DNA of 64,000 bases, taken from the IMG/VR virus record IMGVR_UViG_3300008262_003578. The stretch is one strand, 5' to 3'. This document shows, in pieces, positions 48,944 to 58,409 of this stretch (its first letter is position 1; the number at the start of each line of letters is the position of its first letter). The stretch is from a virus. The notes beneath the pieces were generated by a model, which was not told the origin of the DNA, did not search any database, and was given only the letters and a program-made list of their open reading frames with translations. The translations under genes were made by a program, and so were the position numbers.

Positions 48944-49170
48944 CACATAAGGAATTTTATATTTGGTTGGAAGGATATCTATATGGGAAGTTGGAGAACA
49001 AACATATAGATATAGCGCCAATTATTGAGAAGATGAGTCAGGTTAAAGATGAGATTGACCTTGATACATTTAAACATTTAGGTAGAAAAACCGCACCTAT
49101 ATTTGAACCTATCACTATTAAACCCGACGAATATGATGACTTGGGTAAACCACCAAAAATTGTAATGTAA
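48940..49170 (+). CDS. Hypothetical protein (76 aa)
   Basis: Coupled on both sides. Confidence 0.75.
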   Translation: MTHKEFYIWLEGYLYGKLENKHIDIAPIIEKMSQVKDEIDLDTFKHLGRKTAPIFEPITIKPDEYDDLGKPPKIVM

Positions 49171-49949
49171 TGATACAGAAATTAGTACACTTTTCAGACT
49201 TACATATCCGACTTTTCAGGGACCACGATTTATATCGTGGGATATTGGTGGATATGTTTGAACAATTTAAGGAAATCAAACCTGATAGAATTGTTTTTAC
49301 TGGTGATTTGGTTCATTCTAAAAATCAAATGACACCTGAACTTATTGAGTTTGTTGCTTGGACTTTAACTGAATGCTCAAAGATTGCAAAAACAATTCTC
49401 ATTATTGGTAACCACGACTTTTTGGAAAACAACATGTCAAGATTGGATGCTCTAACACCTATTATTGATTCATTACAAGATGAGAACATTGTTTACTTAA
49501 AAAGTAGAGGTGTATATGAAGACCAAAATATTGATTGGTGTGTTTATTCTTTGATGGACCACAACATTCCACCCGACATTCAAAAGTCAGACCAAGTTAA
49601 GATTGGTTTGTTCCACGGACCAGTACAAGGATTAACGACCGATATTGGGTATAAATTTGACACAGGATTTGAAACTGATAAGTTTGCAGGTTGTGATATT
49701 GTACTTTGTGGGGATATTCATAAAAGACAAGTATTCAACATACCAGGAGGTAAGAAAGCATACATGGTAGGGTCAACCATTCAACAAAACTATGGTGAAA
49801 CAATAAAGAACCATGGATATGGAATTTACGATGTTGAAAAGGATAAATATGAATTTGTTGATTTGGAAAATCCTAAACCTTTCTTATCATTTAAGATAAA
49901 ATCATTTGAGGATATCATTAATGGTGATGAGGTTTTAAGTAATGTATAA
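49170..49949 (+). CDS. sbcD: SbcD/Mre11/gp47-like metallophosphoesterase nuclease (short)
   Basis: SDLH, TGDLVH, IGNHD, LFHG, CGDIH motifs. Confidence 0.88.
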   Translation: MIQKLVHFSDLHIRLFRDHDLYRGILVDMFEQFKEIKPDRIVFTGDLVHSKNQMTPELIEFVAWTLTECSKIAKTILIIGNHDFLENNMSRLDALTPIIDSLQDENIVYLKSRGVYEDQNIDWCVYSLMDHNIPPDIQKSDQVKIGLFHGPVQGLTTDIGYKFDTGFETDKFAGCDIVLCGDIHKRQVFNIPGGKKAYMVGSTIQQNYGETIKNHGYGIYDVEKDKYEFVDLENPKPFLSFKIKSFEDIINGDEVLSNV

Positions 49950-50631
49950 TGTTAATCCAAAATATAATTCAGACATACTTGACTATTGTAAATTAAATAA
50001 TATTGATGATGTTGAGTTATTCGTGTCCCAGTGTTTCAAACAAGGGTTTGACATAAAAAAGTATGGACTTTTGGGAAAAACACTTAATGAAGGTGAAAAA
50101 GACTTAATAAAAGAAGTTATTGTTGAAAAACTAGTGGAAGTCCCTGTTGATAGGATTGTTGAGGTACCTGTTGAAGTTATTGTTGAAAAAGAAAAGATTG
50201 TTGAGGTACCTGTTGAAGTTGTGATTGAGAAGGAAATTATTAAAGAAATACCCGTTGAAAAAGTTGTCACAAAAGTTGAGTATATTAGTGACAAAACAAC
50301 TGAAGATGAACTTGGCGGAGTTATTGCCGAGTTAAAAAATGAAATGTCTAAAAAGGATGAAAAATTAGACGAACTTAGACGAAGTTTAGACATTGCTTTA
50401 GACAAACCACCTGTTGAAATTATCAAAGAGGTGGAAGTAATTAAGGAAGTTGAAAAACCAAATGATAAGGTTATTATGCTTCAGGATACATTACAAAAGT
50501 TAAGAAGTGAAATGAAAGATAAGAACACCGAAATAGATGGTTTGAAGGGTCTTATTAAACAATTAGAATCAAGATTAAATCCGACAGGTGCGGTATATAT
50601 GAAAGGTTCAAACATAAACGAAAATTTATAA
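49942..50631 (+). CDS. EKIVEVP-repeat coiled-coil protein
   Basis: VEKLVEVPVDRIVEVPVEVIVEKEKIVEVPVE repeats plus a C-terminal coiled coil. Confidence 0.75.
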   Translation: MYNVNPKYNSDILDYCKLNNIDDVELFVSQCFKQGFDIKKYGLLGKTLNEGEKDLIKEVIVEKLVEVPVDRIVEVPVEVIVEKEKIVEVPVEVVIEKEIIKEIPVEKVVTKVEYISDKTTEDELGGVIAELKNEMSKKDEKLDELRRSLDIALDKPPVEIIKEVEVIKEVEKPNDKVIMLQDTLQKLRSEMKDKNTEIDGLKGLIKQLESRLNPTGAVYMKGSNINENL

Positions 50632-50635
50632 AGTT

Positions 50636-51043
50636 ATGGTACAATTATTAGCGTGGTTCATTTTAAGTTATGGTTTAATGAACATTATGGTTTACGGCTC
50701 AATATTCCAAGGATTGAGGGATGGGTTAAGAAAATGGGGTGAGAATGAACTAACACCATTTAGTGAGTTAGGTACATTTTTACATGGTATTATATCTTGT
50801 CCAATGTGTTTCTCAACATGGGGTGGATTCTTTTTGGGATTTTGTGTATATTCACCAGTAAGTTCTTTATTTGGTATTGCTGATGAAATTTCTTGGTTTT
50901 TTGATGGTATACTTTCATCAGGAGCTGTATGGGCAATCAATGCAATTGTAGAATGGTTTGAGGAAAATAGAATGTCAAATCAAAAACAAGAGTTAACATA
51001 TATTGTTAAAGATGAGAATGGTGAAGAAATTATTAATGGTTAA
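50636..51043 (+). CDS. Membrane protein (DUF1360-like)
   Basis: Three hydrophobic segments and a CPMCFSTW motif. Confidence 0.6.
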   Translation: MVQLLAWFILSYGLMNIMVYGSIFQGLRDGLRKWGENELTPFSELGTFLHGIISCPMCFSTWGGFFLGFCVYSPVSSLFGIADEISWFFDGILSSGAVWAINAIVEWFEENRMSNQKQELTYIVKDENGEEIING

Positions 51044-51055
51044 TTTAAAATAAAA

Positions 51056-51313
51056 ATGGGAAAGAAAGCTAAAGAACACAGAAAAAAAGTTGTTAAAAGA
51101 AATCAACGAATTGCTATTGAAAAAAAACAATTTCAGAAAACTTATAACGAGTTAATGAAAATGAAGTTTGATGAGTTGGCGAAAAACTTTAATGAAATTG
51201 AAGGTGCGGAAGTTGTTGACATGATTGAGAATGGTGTTTCTGTTATGGAAAAATCTGAAGAAGTTGAAGATGCAACAATCGTTGATGAAACATTACCAGA
51301 CCAAGAAGGATAA
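51056..51313 (+). CDS. Hypothetical protein, basic N-terminus and acidic C-terminus
   Basis: Clean ORF in the operon. Confidence 0.7.
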   Translation: MGKKAKEHRKKVVKRNQRIAIEKKQFQKTYNELMKMKFDELAKNFNEIEGAEVVDMIENGVSVMEKSEEVEDATIVDETLPDQEG

Positions 51314-51319
51314 TAAACT

Positions 51320-53692
51320 ATGGATTTATTTAATCCACCACCAAAATTTAATTATACAAAAATGACAGAAGAAGTAACATTAACAACTTTAGATAACCCA
51401 TATGTCCAAGTGGTATGGGAGGACTACGCTGAAAACTTTACACAAGAGAAGATTAAAAGTGTTAGACACTATTTCCAAAAGAAATATGAAACAACTAATG
51501 TTAATGTAATTACTAAAACCAAAGTTGATAAGGAAACAACCCATAATGTTGACATCTCATTCAATATCTTGGATAAAAATTATCAACAAGAATTAGCTAA
51601 ACAATATCTAGAAAACAAGAATTTAGATGATTATTTAGATAAAGTTTTAGATATTGATTCCGCAGTTGACAACAAAATGTCATTGAACGATGATGAGGCT
51701 CAACCATTTAAAAGATGGTTCATTAAGAATATTGAGTTTTCAAACTTCCTTTCTTATGGTGAGAATCAAAAGATTGATTTTGATAAGTGTAGTGGGATAT
51801 CGGTGGTGGAATCAAATCCACCTAACTTTGGAGGTAAGACGGTCCTTACCGTGGATTTATTATTATTCTTATTCTTTAACGAAACAACGAAGACAACTAA
51901 AGCAGAAGAAATCTTTAATAGATTTACAGATAAGAACAAGGTTGCGGTTAAAGGTGAGGTATTAATAGATGGTGAGGAATATATCATCCTAAGAAACATT
52001 GAGCGTAAAAAATCTAAGAGTGGTGATTGGAATGTTAAAACTGAGTTGGATTTCTACAAAAGATTATCTGATGGTAGCTTACAAAATTTCACTGGTGAAC
52101 AGAGAAGGGAAACTGAAAAATTTATTAAGACATCTATTGGTACAAAAGAAGATTTCTTAATGACGATTCTTACCACCGCAACAAACTTGGAGGACCTGAT
52201 TGACTCAAAACCAACGGCTAGAGGTCAGGTCCTATCAAGATTTATGGGTCTTGAGTTCTTAAAAAGAAAAGAAGAGATTGGTAAAGAAATCTATGGAGAG
52301 TTCTCCAAGTCCATGATATCAAATGTCTATAGTAGTGAAAAACTTAAAAGTGATAATGAGGAAAAACAGAAATCAATTGATGAGTTAAAAGTTGAGATTG
52401 AAACTGCTAATACAACATTGATTGATATCCAAAACAGGATTATCAAAGGACAAGAATATCGTGATGATTTATTGAAACAAAAACATACTGATATTGATAC
52501 TGAAATAAGTTCATTAATACCAACAACCGTAACAACTGAGATTGAGACACTTGAAAAGACAAAAGAGGGTATTATCAAACAAATTGAAGAACTTAATGTT
52601 GTTGAACCAAGTGAGTTTTATAAAGAGGACAAGCATGATGAGGTTAAGGAAGAATATGCTAAACTTAATAAAGAGTTAATTCAACTTGAAACCAAAATAG
52701 AAGAAGTTGAGAAGTTAAAAACTTCAGTTGAGGGTGGAATTAAATGCGAACATTGTGGTATTGAGTTAATGAATGCGGCAATTACCAATGCAAAAATTGC
52801 GGAACTTGACGGATTTATCGGGCAAAAAGATACTATTTGGACCACAATGCAGGTTTTATCAAGCATGGAACAAACTTTTGTAAGGTTAAAAAAAGAATTT
52901 GATGAGTATGAAAAGAACAAACTTATCAAAGAAAAATATGAACTTAATATTGAAAGTTGTGACCTAAAAATTAATAACCTGAGAGATAAGATTAAAAAAT
53001 ATAACGAGATTCAGGATAAGATTAAGGATAACGAGAGAATTGATGGTTTATTGGTGAAATCAAGTTTGAGAATGGATGAACTTAGTACATTAAAAAGTGC
53101 AACAGAAAAGACCATTTCAACAGGAAATTACAAAATAGAAACTCTAACTCAAGAGATTAATAATAACCTTGATAAGATTAAAAAAATTGAAGAGGAGAGT
53201 GAAAAAGAAAAGGTATACAAAATATATTTAGAAATTTATGGTAAGAATGGTATAACCAAAATGATTATGAGAACCATGATGCCATTGATTAATTCTGAAT
53301 TACAAAGATTACTTGAGGATAGTTCTCACTTCAGATTGGAGATTAGAATTAACGATAAAAATGAAGTGGATTTTGTTATGATTGATAACAATACTCAGGT
53401 TGAAAAGAATATGGTTTCAGGTTCTGGTTATGAACGAACTATTGCGTCATTATCATTAAGAGCTGTTTTAAGTAAGATTTGTTCGTTACCAAAACCAAAC
53501 ATTATCGTCTTTGATGAGGTGTTTGGTAAAATATCAAATGAGAATATGGACATGGTTTCTGAGTTTTTTACAAAAATTAAGGAATATTTTGAAAAAATAT
53601 TTGTAATTACACACAATCCACTAGTAACAAATTGGGCTGACAATGTAATTAAAATTAGGAAGGAAGAAAATGTTAGTTTTGTGACCCAATAG
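51320..53692 (+). CDS. sbcC: SbcC/Rad50/gp46-like ABC ATPase with ~130-aa N-terminal extension
   Basis: IKNIEFSNFLSYG, Walker A NFGGKT, CEHC zinc hook, signature SGSGYE, Walker B IIVFDE, H-loop ITH. Confidence 0.9.
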   Translation: MDLFNPPPKFNYTKMTEEVTLTTLDNPYVQVVWEDYAENFTQEKIKSVRHYFQKKYETTNVNVITKTKVDKETTHNVDISFNILDKNYQQELAKQYLENKNLDDYLDKVLDIDSAVDNKMSLNDDEAQPFKRWFIKNIEFSNFLSYGENQKIDFDKCSGISVVESNPPNFGGKTVLTVDLLLFLFFNETTKTTKAEEIFNRFTDKNKVAVKGEVLIDGEEYIILRNIERKKSKSGDWNVKTELDFYKRLSDGSLQNFTGEQRRETEKFIKTSIGTKEDFLMTILTTATNLEDLIDSKPTARGQVLSRFMGLEFLKRKEEIGKEIYGEFSKSMISNVYSSEKLKSDNEEKQKSIDELKVEIETANTTLIDIQNRIIKGQEYRDDLLKQKHTDIDTEISSLIPTTVTTEIETLEKTKEGIIKQIEELNVVEPSEFYKEDKHDEVKEEYAKLNKELIQLETKIEEVEKLKTSVEGGIKCEHCGIELMNAAITNAKIAELDGFIGQKDTIWTTMQVLSSMEQTFVRLKKEFDEYEKNKLIKEKYELNIESCDLKINNLRDKIKKYNEIQDKIKDNERIDGLLVKSSLRMDELSTLKSATEKTISTGNYKIETLTQEINNNLDKIKKIEEESEKEKVYKIYLEIYGKNGITKMIMRTMMPLINSELQRLLEDSSHFRLEIRINDKNEVDFVMIDNNTQVEKNMVSGSGYERTIASLSLRAVLSKICSLPKPNIIVFDEVFGKISNENMDMVSEFFTKIKEYFEKIFVITHNPLVTNWADNVIKIRKEENVSFVTQ

Positions 53693-53724
53693 TTTGGGGG
53701 ATTGGATAAAAGTTTATATATTTG
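53693..53724 (+). promoter_or_regulatory. Bacteroidota sigmaA-type promoter TTTG-N20-TATATTTG
   Basis: tttg 53693-53696 and tatatttg 53717-53724 match the -33 TTTG / -7 TAnnTTTG consensus. Confidence 0.65.
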
Positions 53725-53739
53725 TTAAAAATAAAGACT

Positions 53740-54273
53740 ATGAAAACAAAAAACACATACATCTTATTCGTTTTTGCTGTTGATGAAGACCAAGATAAGT
53801 TTGTTACAACGTTAGGTGAAGAAATATCAATGTTAGCGTTGTCAACTGATGTGAGATATTATTACGGACCACAATCGGCGGTATATGTATTCACATCAGA
53901 TGAAAAATTTAAAAATTTATCTGAATTCATTAAAATTATGTTTGAGGTGGAAAATATTCCATTTATGTTACTACCTTTGGATAAAGAAAATATGGCTTCA
54001 GGTTTTGGAAAAGAGGTTGACAAGCATTTATTTGGGAATACTCCTTTAGTAATTAAACCTACAAATATTTCTAAAATAAATAGGATTAATGAGATGTTTG
54101 AAGATTTAATACATGAAGATTTTGATGAAGAAGATGATGAAATTGAGAAATTAAGGTCAAAATCTTATGAACCTTCAGTTAATGATATTCTTGATAAAAT
54201 TAGAGATGTCGGTATTAAGTCATTAACCAAACAAGAGAAAACTATTTTAGATAATTACGCAAAACAACTATAA
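53740..54273 (+). CDS. Hypothetical protein with C-terminal DUF6576-like domain
   Basis: SVNDILDKIRDVGIKSLTKQEKTIL resembles the DUF6576 tail of Bacteroidota rhomboids; ATG at 53740. Confidence 0.65.
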   Translation: MKTKNTYILFVFAVDEDQDKFVTTLGEEISMLALSTDVRYYYGPQSAVYVFTSDEKFKNLSEFIKIMFEVENIPFMLLPLDKENMASGFGKEVDKHLFGNTPLVIKPTNISKINRINEMFEDLIHEDFDEEDDEIEKLRSKSYEPSVNDILDKIRDVGIKSLTKQEKTILDNYAKQL

Positions 54274-54277
54274 TAAT

Positions 54278-55078
54278 ATGAAAGAGAAAAACTTATCAAT
54301 TCCGATTAATCAAGAAGAAATCCAACTTTATCTTAAAGATATTCGTAAGATAAAAGTTATGACACCTGAAAGAGAAAGAGAGCTTTCCAATCTAATGAAG
54401 ACAGGAAATCTTTCCGATACTCAAAAAGAAAGGGTGTATAAAGAATTATTAGAGGGTAATTTACGTTTTGTTATCACGGTTGCTAAACAATATCAAAATC
54501 AAGGTTTAGATTTCCCTGACTTAGTTGCTGAAGGTAATTTAGGTTTAATGAAAGCGATTAAAAATTTTGATTGGGGTAAAGACCTTAGATTTATTTCTTA
54601 TGCGGTTTGGTGGGTTAAACAATCAATTTTACAATCTTTAAATGATAATGCGAGAACAATAAGACTCCCAGTTAACGTTGTACAAGATTTACATAAGGCA
54701 AAAAAAGAGATTGAATCCAATGGGGGTAAATTAGATGATAAATTTCAAAACTTACCAAGCATGATTGATTTAGATATGAATATCAATGAAGATGGTGATA
54801 CATTGGTTGATATTATAAAAAACGATGATGCTGAAATGCCTGATGAGGTATTCAATAGTAAGGACATGTTGAAACAAAAAATGTTTGAAATTTTAAACAT
54901 TCTTGATGAACGTGAGAAAGTTATCATTGGTGATTATTTCGGGTTAACTGGTACTCCAAGAACGTTAGAAGACATTGGGTCTGATTTTGATTTGACTAAA
55001 GAAAGAGTTAGACAGATTAAAGAAAAGGCTCTTAGAAAATTAAGGAATGAAAGTTCGGTTTTGTTTGACTACCTATAA
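54278..55078 (+). CDS. rpoD: RNA polymerase sigma-70 factor, Bacteroidota primary-sigma-like
   Basis: NLRFVITVAKQYQNQGLDFPDLVAEGNLGLMKA, FISYAVWWVKQSILQ, TIRLPVN, region 4 RTLEDIG...LTKERVRQIKEKALRKLR. Confidence 0.93.
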   Translation: MKEKNLSIPINQEEIQLYLKDIRKIKVMTPERERELSNLMKTGNLSDTQKERVYKELLEGNLRFVITVAKQYQNQGLDFPDLVAEGNLGLMKAIKNFDWGKDLRFISYAVWWVKQSILQSLNDNARTIRLPVNVVQDLHKAKKEIESNGGKLDDKFQNLPSMIDLDMNINEDGDTLVDIIKNDDAEMPDEVFNSKDMLKQKMFEILNILDEREKVIIGDYFGLTGTPRTLEDIGSDFDLTKERVRQIKEKALRKLRNESSVLFDYL

Positions 55079-55085
55079 AAAAAGT

Positions 55086-55120
55086 AAAACCTTCTATTTA
55101 TTATGGTAGAAGGTTTTTTT
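55086..55120 (+). terminator. Intrinsic terminator after the sigma gene
   Basis: aaaaccttcta-(10 nt)-tagaaggtttt stem followed by a T-run. Confidence 0.8.
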
Positions 55121-55141
55121 ATTTTAATAAAAATTATTGTT

Positions 55142-55471
55142 ATGAAAAAAGTTATTGATTTTGTTAAAAAGTTTAAAATTCATATTTTGGCTACGCTTTT
55201 ATTTATTTTCCTTATGCGTTCTTGTATCAAGTCAGGTGAAGTTAGGAAATTAGATAAAGTTAAAACCGCTAATGAAAATGTTATTGATAGTTTAACACGA
55301 CTTGTTAATGGTCAAAAAGATACAATTAATAATATATCTGAAGTTATTAGACAAGAAAAAATAAAAGTCCATAGAGATTACGATGACTACATTTCCTCAA
55401 AAGATAGAGGACCGCAACTTATGGAATTACATGCGGTTGTTAAGAAAAATATTCAAGAACTTGAAAAATGA
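55142..55471 (+). CDS. Signal/TM-anchored coiled-coil protein, possible lipoprotein or spanin
   Basis: MKKVIDFVKKFKIHILATLLFIFLMRSC then coiled coil; ATG 55142 (55103 lies inside the terminator). Confidence 0.6.
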   Translation: MKKVIDFVKKFKIHILATLLFIFLMRSCIKSGEVRKLDKVKTANENVIDSLTRLVNGQKDTINNISEVIRQEKIKVHRDYDDYISSKDRGPQLMELHAVVKKNIQELEK

Positions 55472-56298
55472 AAAAAATATTTAATTGGGTAAAAGATAAT
55501 CCAAATAGAAGTATGTTTCTGTTACCAATTATTTTGGTTGCGGGTATTTCTATTTCACACGTTGTAAGTTGGTATGATATTGCAAACCCTTTTAGTTGGG
55601 CGATATATCTATCAATAGCAATTGAAGTTGGGGCGATGACCGCACTTGTTGCTGCGACCAATAAAATCAAAGGAGGGGTATGGTTTATGTTTGGTTTAAT
55701 AACATTAATCCAAATGATTGGTAATATCTTTTTCTCATATAAAGAAATTGATGGTAATGGAACTTTATTTAAATCTTGGGTTGAGTTAACAGGTCCATTA
55801 TGGGAAATGATGGGGTCAGACCCGACAGATGTAATATCAATGAAACGATGGTTGGCCTTCCTAGAAGGTGGTTTATTACCCGTTATCTCATTAACATCAT
55901 TACATTTCTTTGTTAAATATGAAAGTAATAATACCGTAAAGGAGACTGTAAACGAGATTGTAAATGAGGAAATAACTGAGGATAATGATAATGAATATCC
56001 AGAACCAAATGAAAAAATAATAAACGCTAAAAAAGTTTGGGAAAAAGTTAATGAATTAAGACAAGAAGGTAAATTACCTGAACCCCCTACTGAGGAAGAA
56101 CTTGCAGAAGAACCGACAGCATTAGCATTTACCCCTTATGATACTCAAGAAATGGAAGAGGAGATTGAGGAGGAAGTTGAATTAACAGAAAATACAAAAT
56201 TTCCGATAGATAGAATGTTAGAGTTTGATGATATTATGACAACTACAACAACTACCGATGATGGAATTAGAAGATTGAGTTATGTTAAAAATACATAA
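55468..56298 (+). CDS. Multi-pass membrane protein, holin candidate
   Basis: About four TM helices then an acidic tail; immediately upstream of the amidase. Confidence 0.55.
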   Translation: MKKIFNWVKDNPNRSMFLLPIILVAGISISHVVSWYDIANPFSWAIYLSIAIEVGAMTALVAATNKIKGGVWFMFGLITLIQMIGNIFFSYKEIDGNGTLFKSWVELTGPLWEMMGSDPTDVISMKRWLAFLEGGLLPVISLTSLHFFVKYESNNTVKETVNEIVNEEITEDNDNEYPEPNEKIINAKKVWEKVNELRQEGKLPEPPTEEELAEEPTALAFTPYDTQEMEEEIEEEVELTENTKFPIDRMLEFDDIMTTTTTTDDGIRRLSYVKNT

Positions 56299-56321
56299 TG
56301 ATAAAATTTTTATAAATCATT

Positions 56322-56924
56322 ATGGAAATTATAAAACACGGAGATTTTAAACCAACAGGTAAACAAAAGAAAAAACATCAAATAATTTTAACCCACACAT
56401 CAAGAAATGTGAATGAGTATCTTCAGGGGTTAAAATATCGTTATAATGGGGATTTTAAAAGAATCCCCAATTATATTATAACTAGAGAAGGTAAGATACT
56501 TAAGTTATTGGATAATAACGAACACACAAATTACTTCAAAGAACCCAATATCAATAGAAATTCAGTTATTATATGTTTAGAAAATTTGGGTTGGTTACAA
56601 AAAGAACCCCTATCAGACTATTACGTTAACTGGATTGGTGATATTTATAAAGGTAAAGTGTACGAAAAAAAATGGAGAGACTATTATTTTTGGCAACCTT
56701 ACACCGAAAAACAAGTTGATTCAACAGTTAATCTGTGTAAAGAAATATTCAAAAATATGTCAATAACTCCAAGTATTATCGGACATAATACAAAAATAAA
56801 TGGGGCTCATAAGTTTGAAGGTGTGGTAACAAGAAGTAATTTCTATACAGATAAAACTGATTTAAGTCCAGCATTCAATTATGAAGAGTTTTTAAAAAAA
56901 ATAGAACATGAAGAACAAGCATGA
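56322..56924 (+). CDS. N-acetylmuramoyl-L-alanine amidase (Amidase_2)-like endolysin
   Basis: IILTHT, NYIITREG, NRNSVIICLE, PYTEKQV, IIGH, KTDLSP pattern. Confidence 0.8.
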   Translation: MEIIKHGDFKPTGKQKKKHQIILTHTSRNVNEYLQGLKYRYNGDFKRIPNYIITREGKILKLLDNNEHTNYFKEPNINRNSVIICLENLGWLQKEPLSDYYVNWIGDIYKGKVYEKKWRDYYFWQPYTEKQVDSTVNLCKEIFKNMSITPSIIGHNTKINGAHKFEGVVTRSNFYTDKTDLSPAFNYEEFLKKIEHEEQA

Positions 56925-57537
56925 TGAAATAAAAGATTTGTTAAAGGCGACTAGAAATATGTTGTCAAATTCTTTAGTTAAAGAAGAAACCGAAAGAATT
57001 AAAAAAACTTATGGTATGTTAACCGAAGAAGACGTTTTGAAAAAATATAATGTCGGTAAAGCAATTGAAGATTCAATTGAAGATGATGAAGACGAGGAAA
57101 AAGATGAGTACGAAGTAAGTGATGATAATAAAGAAAAAGAAACTGCGGACGATAAGAAACAAGGTTACAGAATATCTGGTGGAATATTAGTTTTACACGG
57201 TAAAGATAATACTGACTTAGAATTAACTACGGATGAAAAAATCGCCTTCCAAGAAACTATGGACGAGTTCGTTAGTGAGGTTTCAGATTTAGTTGATTTC
57301 AATAAGTTAAACGTCTATTCAAAGAACGTTGAATGGTCAGGTAAAATTATTGATTTTGATATTGAATTTTTCTACTCAATAGGTGAAGAAAATGGTGTTT
57401 ATATTCAAGGGGATATGATTAAGACTGATGAAAAGTTTTTAGATATGGTGAATAAATTAAAAGTTTATTACGATAAGTTTAAATCTAAGTGGGCTAAAGT
57501 TTTAGCATCAAGAAAGAAAACTTCACCAAATGAGTAA
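56908..57537 (+). CDS. Acidic hypothetical protein, possibly head/core
   Basis: Overlap-coupled ORF with an acidic tract and LxE motifs. Confidence 0.65.
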   Translation: MKNKHDEIKDLLKATRNMLSNSLVKEETERIKKTYGMLTEEDVLKKYNVGKAIEDSIEDDEDEEKDEYEVSDDNKEKETADDKKQGYRISGGILVLHGKDNTDLELTTDEKIAFQETMDEFVSEVSDLVDFNKLNVYSKNVEWSGKIIDFDIEFFYSIGEENGVYIQGDMIKTDEKFLDMVNKLKVYYDKFKSKWAKVLASRKKTSPNE

Positions 57538-58159
57538 ATTCTTTGAAAAAATTGACACAAAAACAATAATAATTTTCGGATTAATTATTGTCATTTTTTT
57601 ATTGAATATGTGCTCAACGGATATCAGTGATGATAAGAAAAAAGTAAAAATTGCGGGAAAAACTTATACTATAATTAAACACGAAATTGATACTGTATTA
57701 GTACCTGTAAAACAAGTTATATATAAAGATGGTAAAGAAATATATCGTGAAAATACGATTTATGTTGATGTACCGTCAAATGTTGATACAAACGGTATTA
57801 TCAGAAATTATTACAGTCAGGTTGTTTATAAAGATACATTAAAACTTGGTGATAGTTTAGGGTATATCTCTGTTGTTGATACTATTTTTAATAATTCCAT
57901 TTTAAATAGGAAGTGGGAGTCTTATGTGAATAAAATTACCGTTAAAGAGGTTCTTTATCTGAAACAAGACCCACGACTACAATTTTTTGTTGGAGGATTT
58001 GGTGGGTACAATTCAGGATTAAATAGTGTGTACCTTGGACCTACTATAATGTTAAAAAATAAAAAAGAAAATACGTTTAATCTTGGAATCGGGGTTGGAA
58101 CTGGAAAAGAAGTTTTACTTCAAGGAGGTATTTATAGATTAATTAGATTAAAGAAATAA
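57530..58159 (+). CDS. TM-anchored protein, possible spanin component
   Basis: IIIFGLIIVIFLLNMC anchor; DT/DS-rich stalk; C-terminal Gly-rich beta strands. Confidence 0.55.
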   Translation: MSKFFEKIDTKTIIIFGLIIVIFLLNMCSTDISDDKKKVKIAGKTYTIIKHEIDTVLVPVKQVIYKDGKEIYRENTIYVDVPSNVDTNGIIRNYYSQVVYKDTLKLGDSLGYISVVDTIFNNSILNRKWESYVNKITVKEVLYLKQDPRLQFFVGGFGGYNSGLNSVYLGPTIMLKNKKENTFNLGIGVGTGKEVLLQGGIYRLIRLKK

Positions 58160-58160
58160 T

Positions 58161-58406
58161 ATGGCACTTACTACAACTGAAAAAAGAGAGATTGAAACAA
58201 TGATTCGTAAAGAAATTAAAGATTTCATTGGTAGTAATACTATGAAACAATACGAAGATAAGTTATTAACTATCTTGGCTAAAGAAATTAGTAGAGGTAA
58301 AGTTCAGGGTGATGTTAAAGATGTTGTTATAAAAGTTTTCAGAGAATTCTACAATTTTATGTGGACTCAACGAGGTTATTGGGAACCTAGATTAAAAAAT
58401 GCTTGA
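58161..58406 (+). CDS. Hypothetical protein (81 aa)
   Basis: Clean ORF. Confidence 0.7.
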   Translation: MALTTTEKREIETMIRKEIKDFIGSNTMKQYEDKLLTILAKEISRGKVQGDVKDVVIKVFREFYNFMWTQRGYWEPRLKNA

Positions 58407-58409
58407 TAG

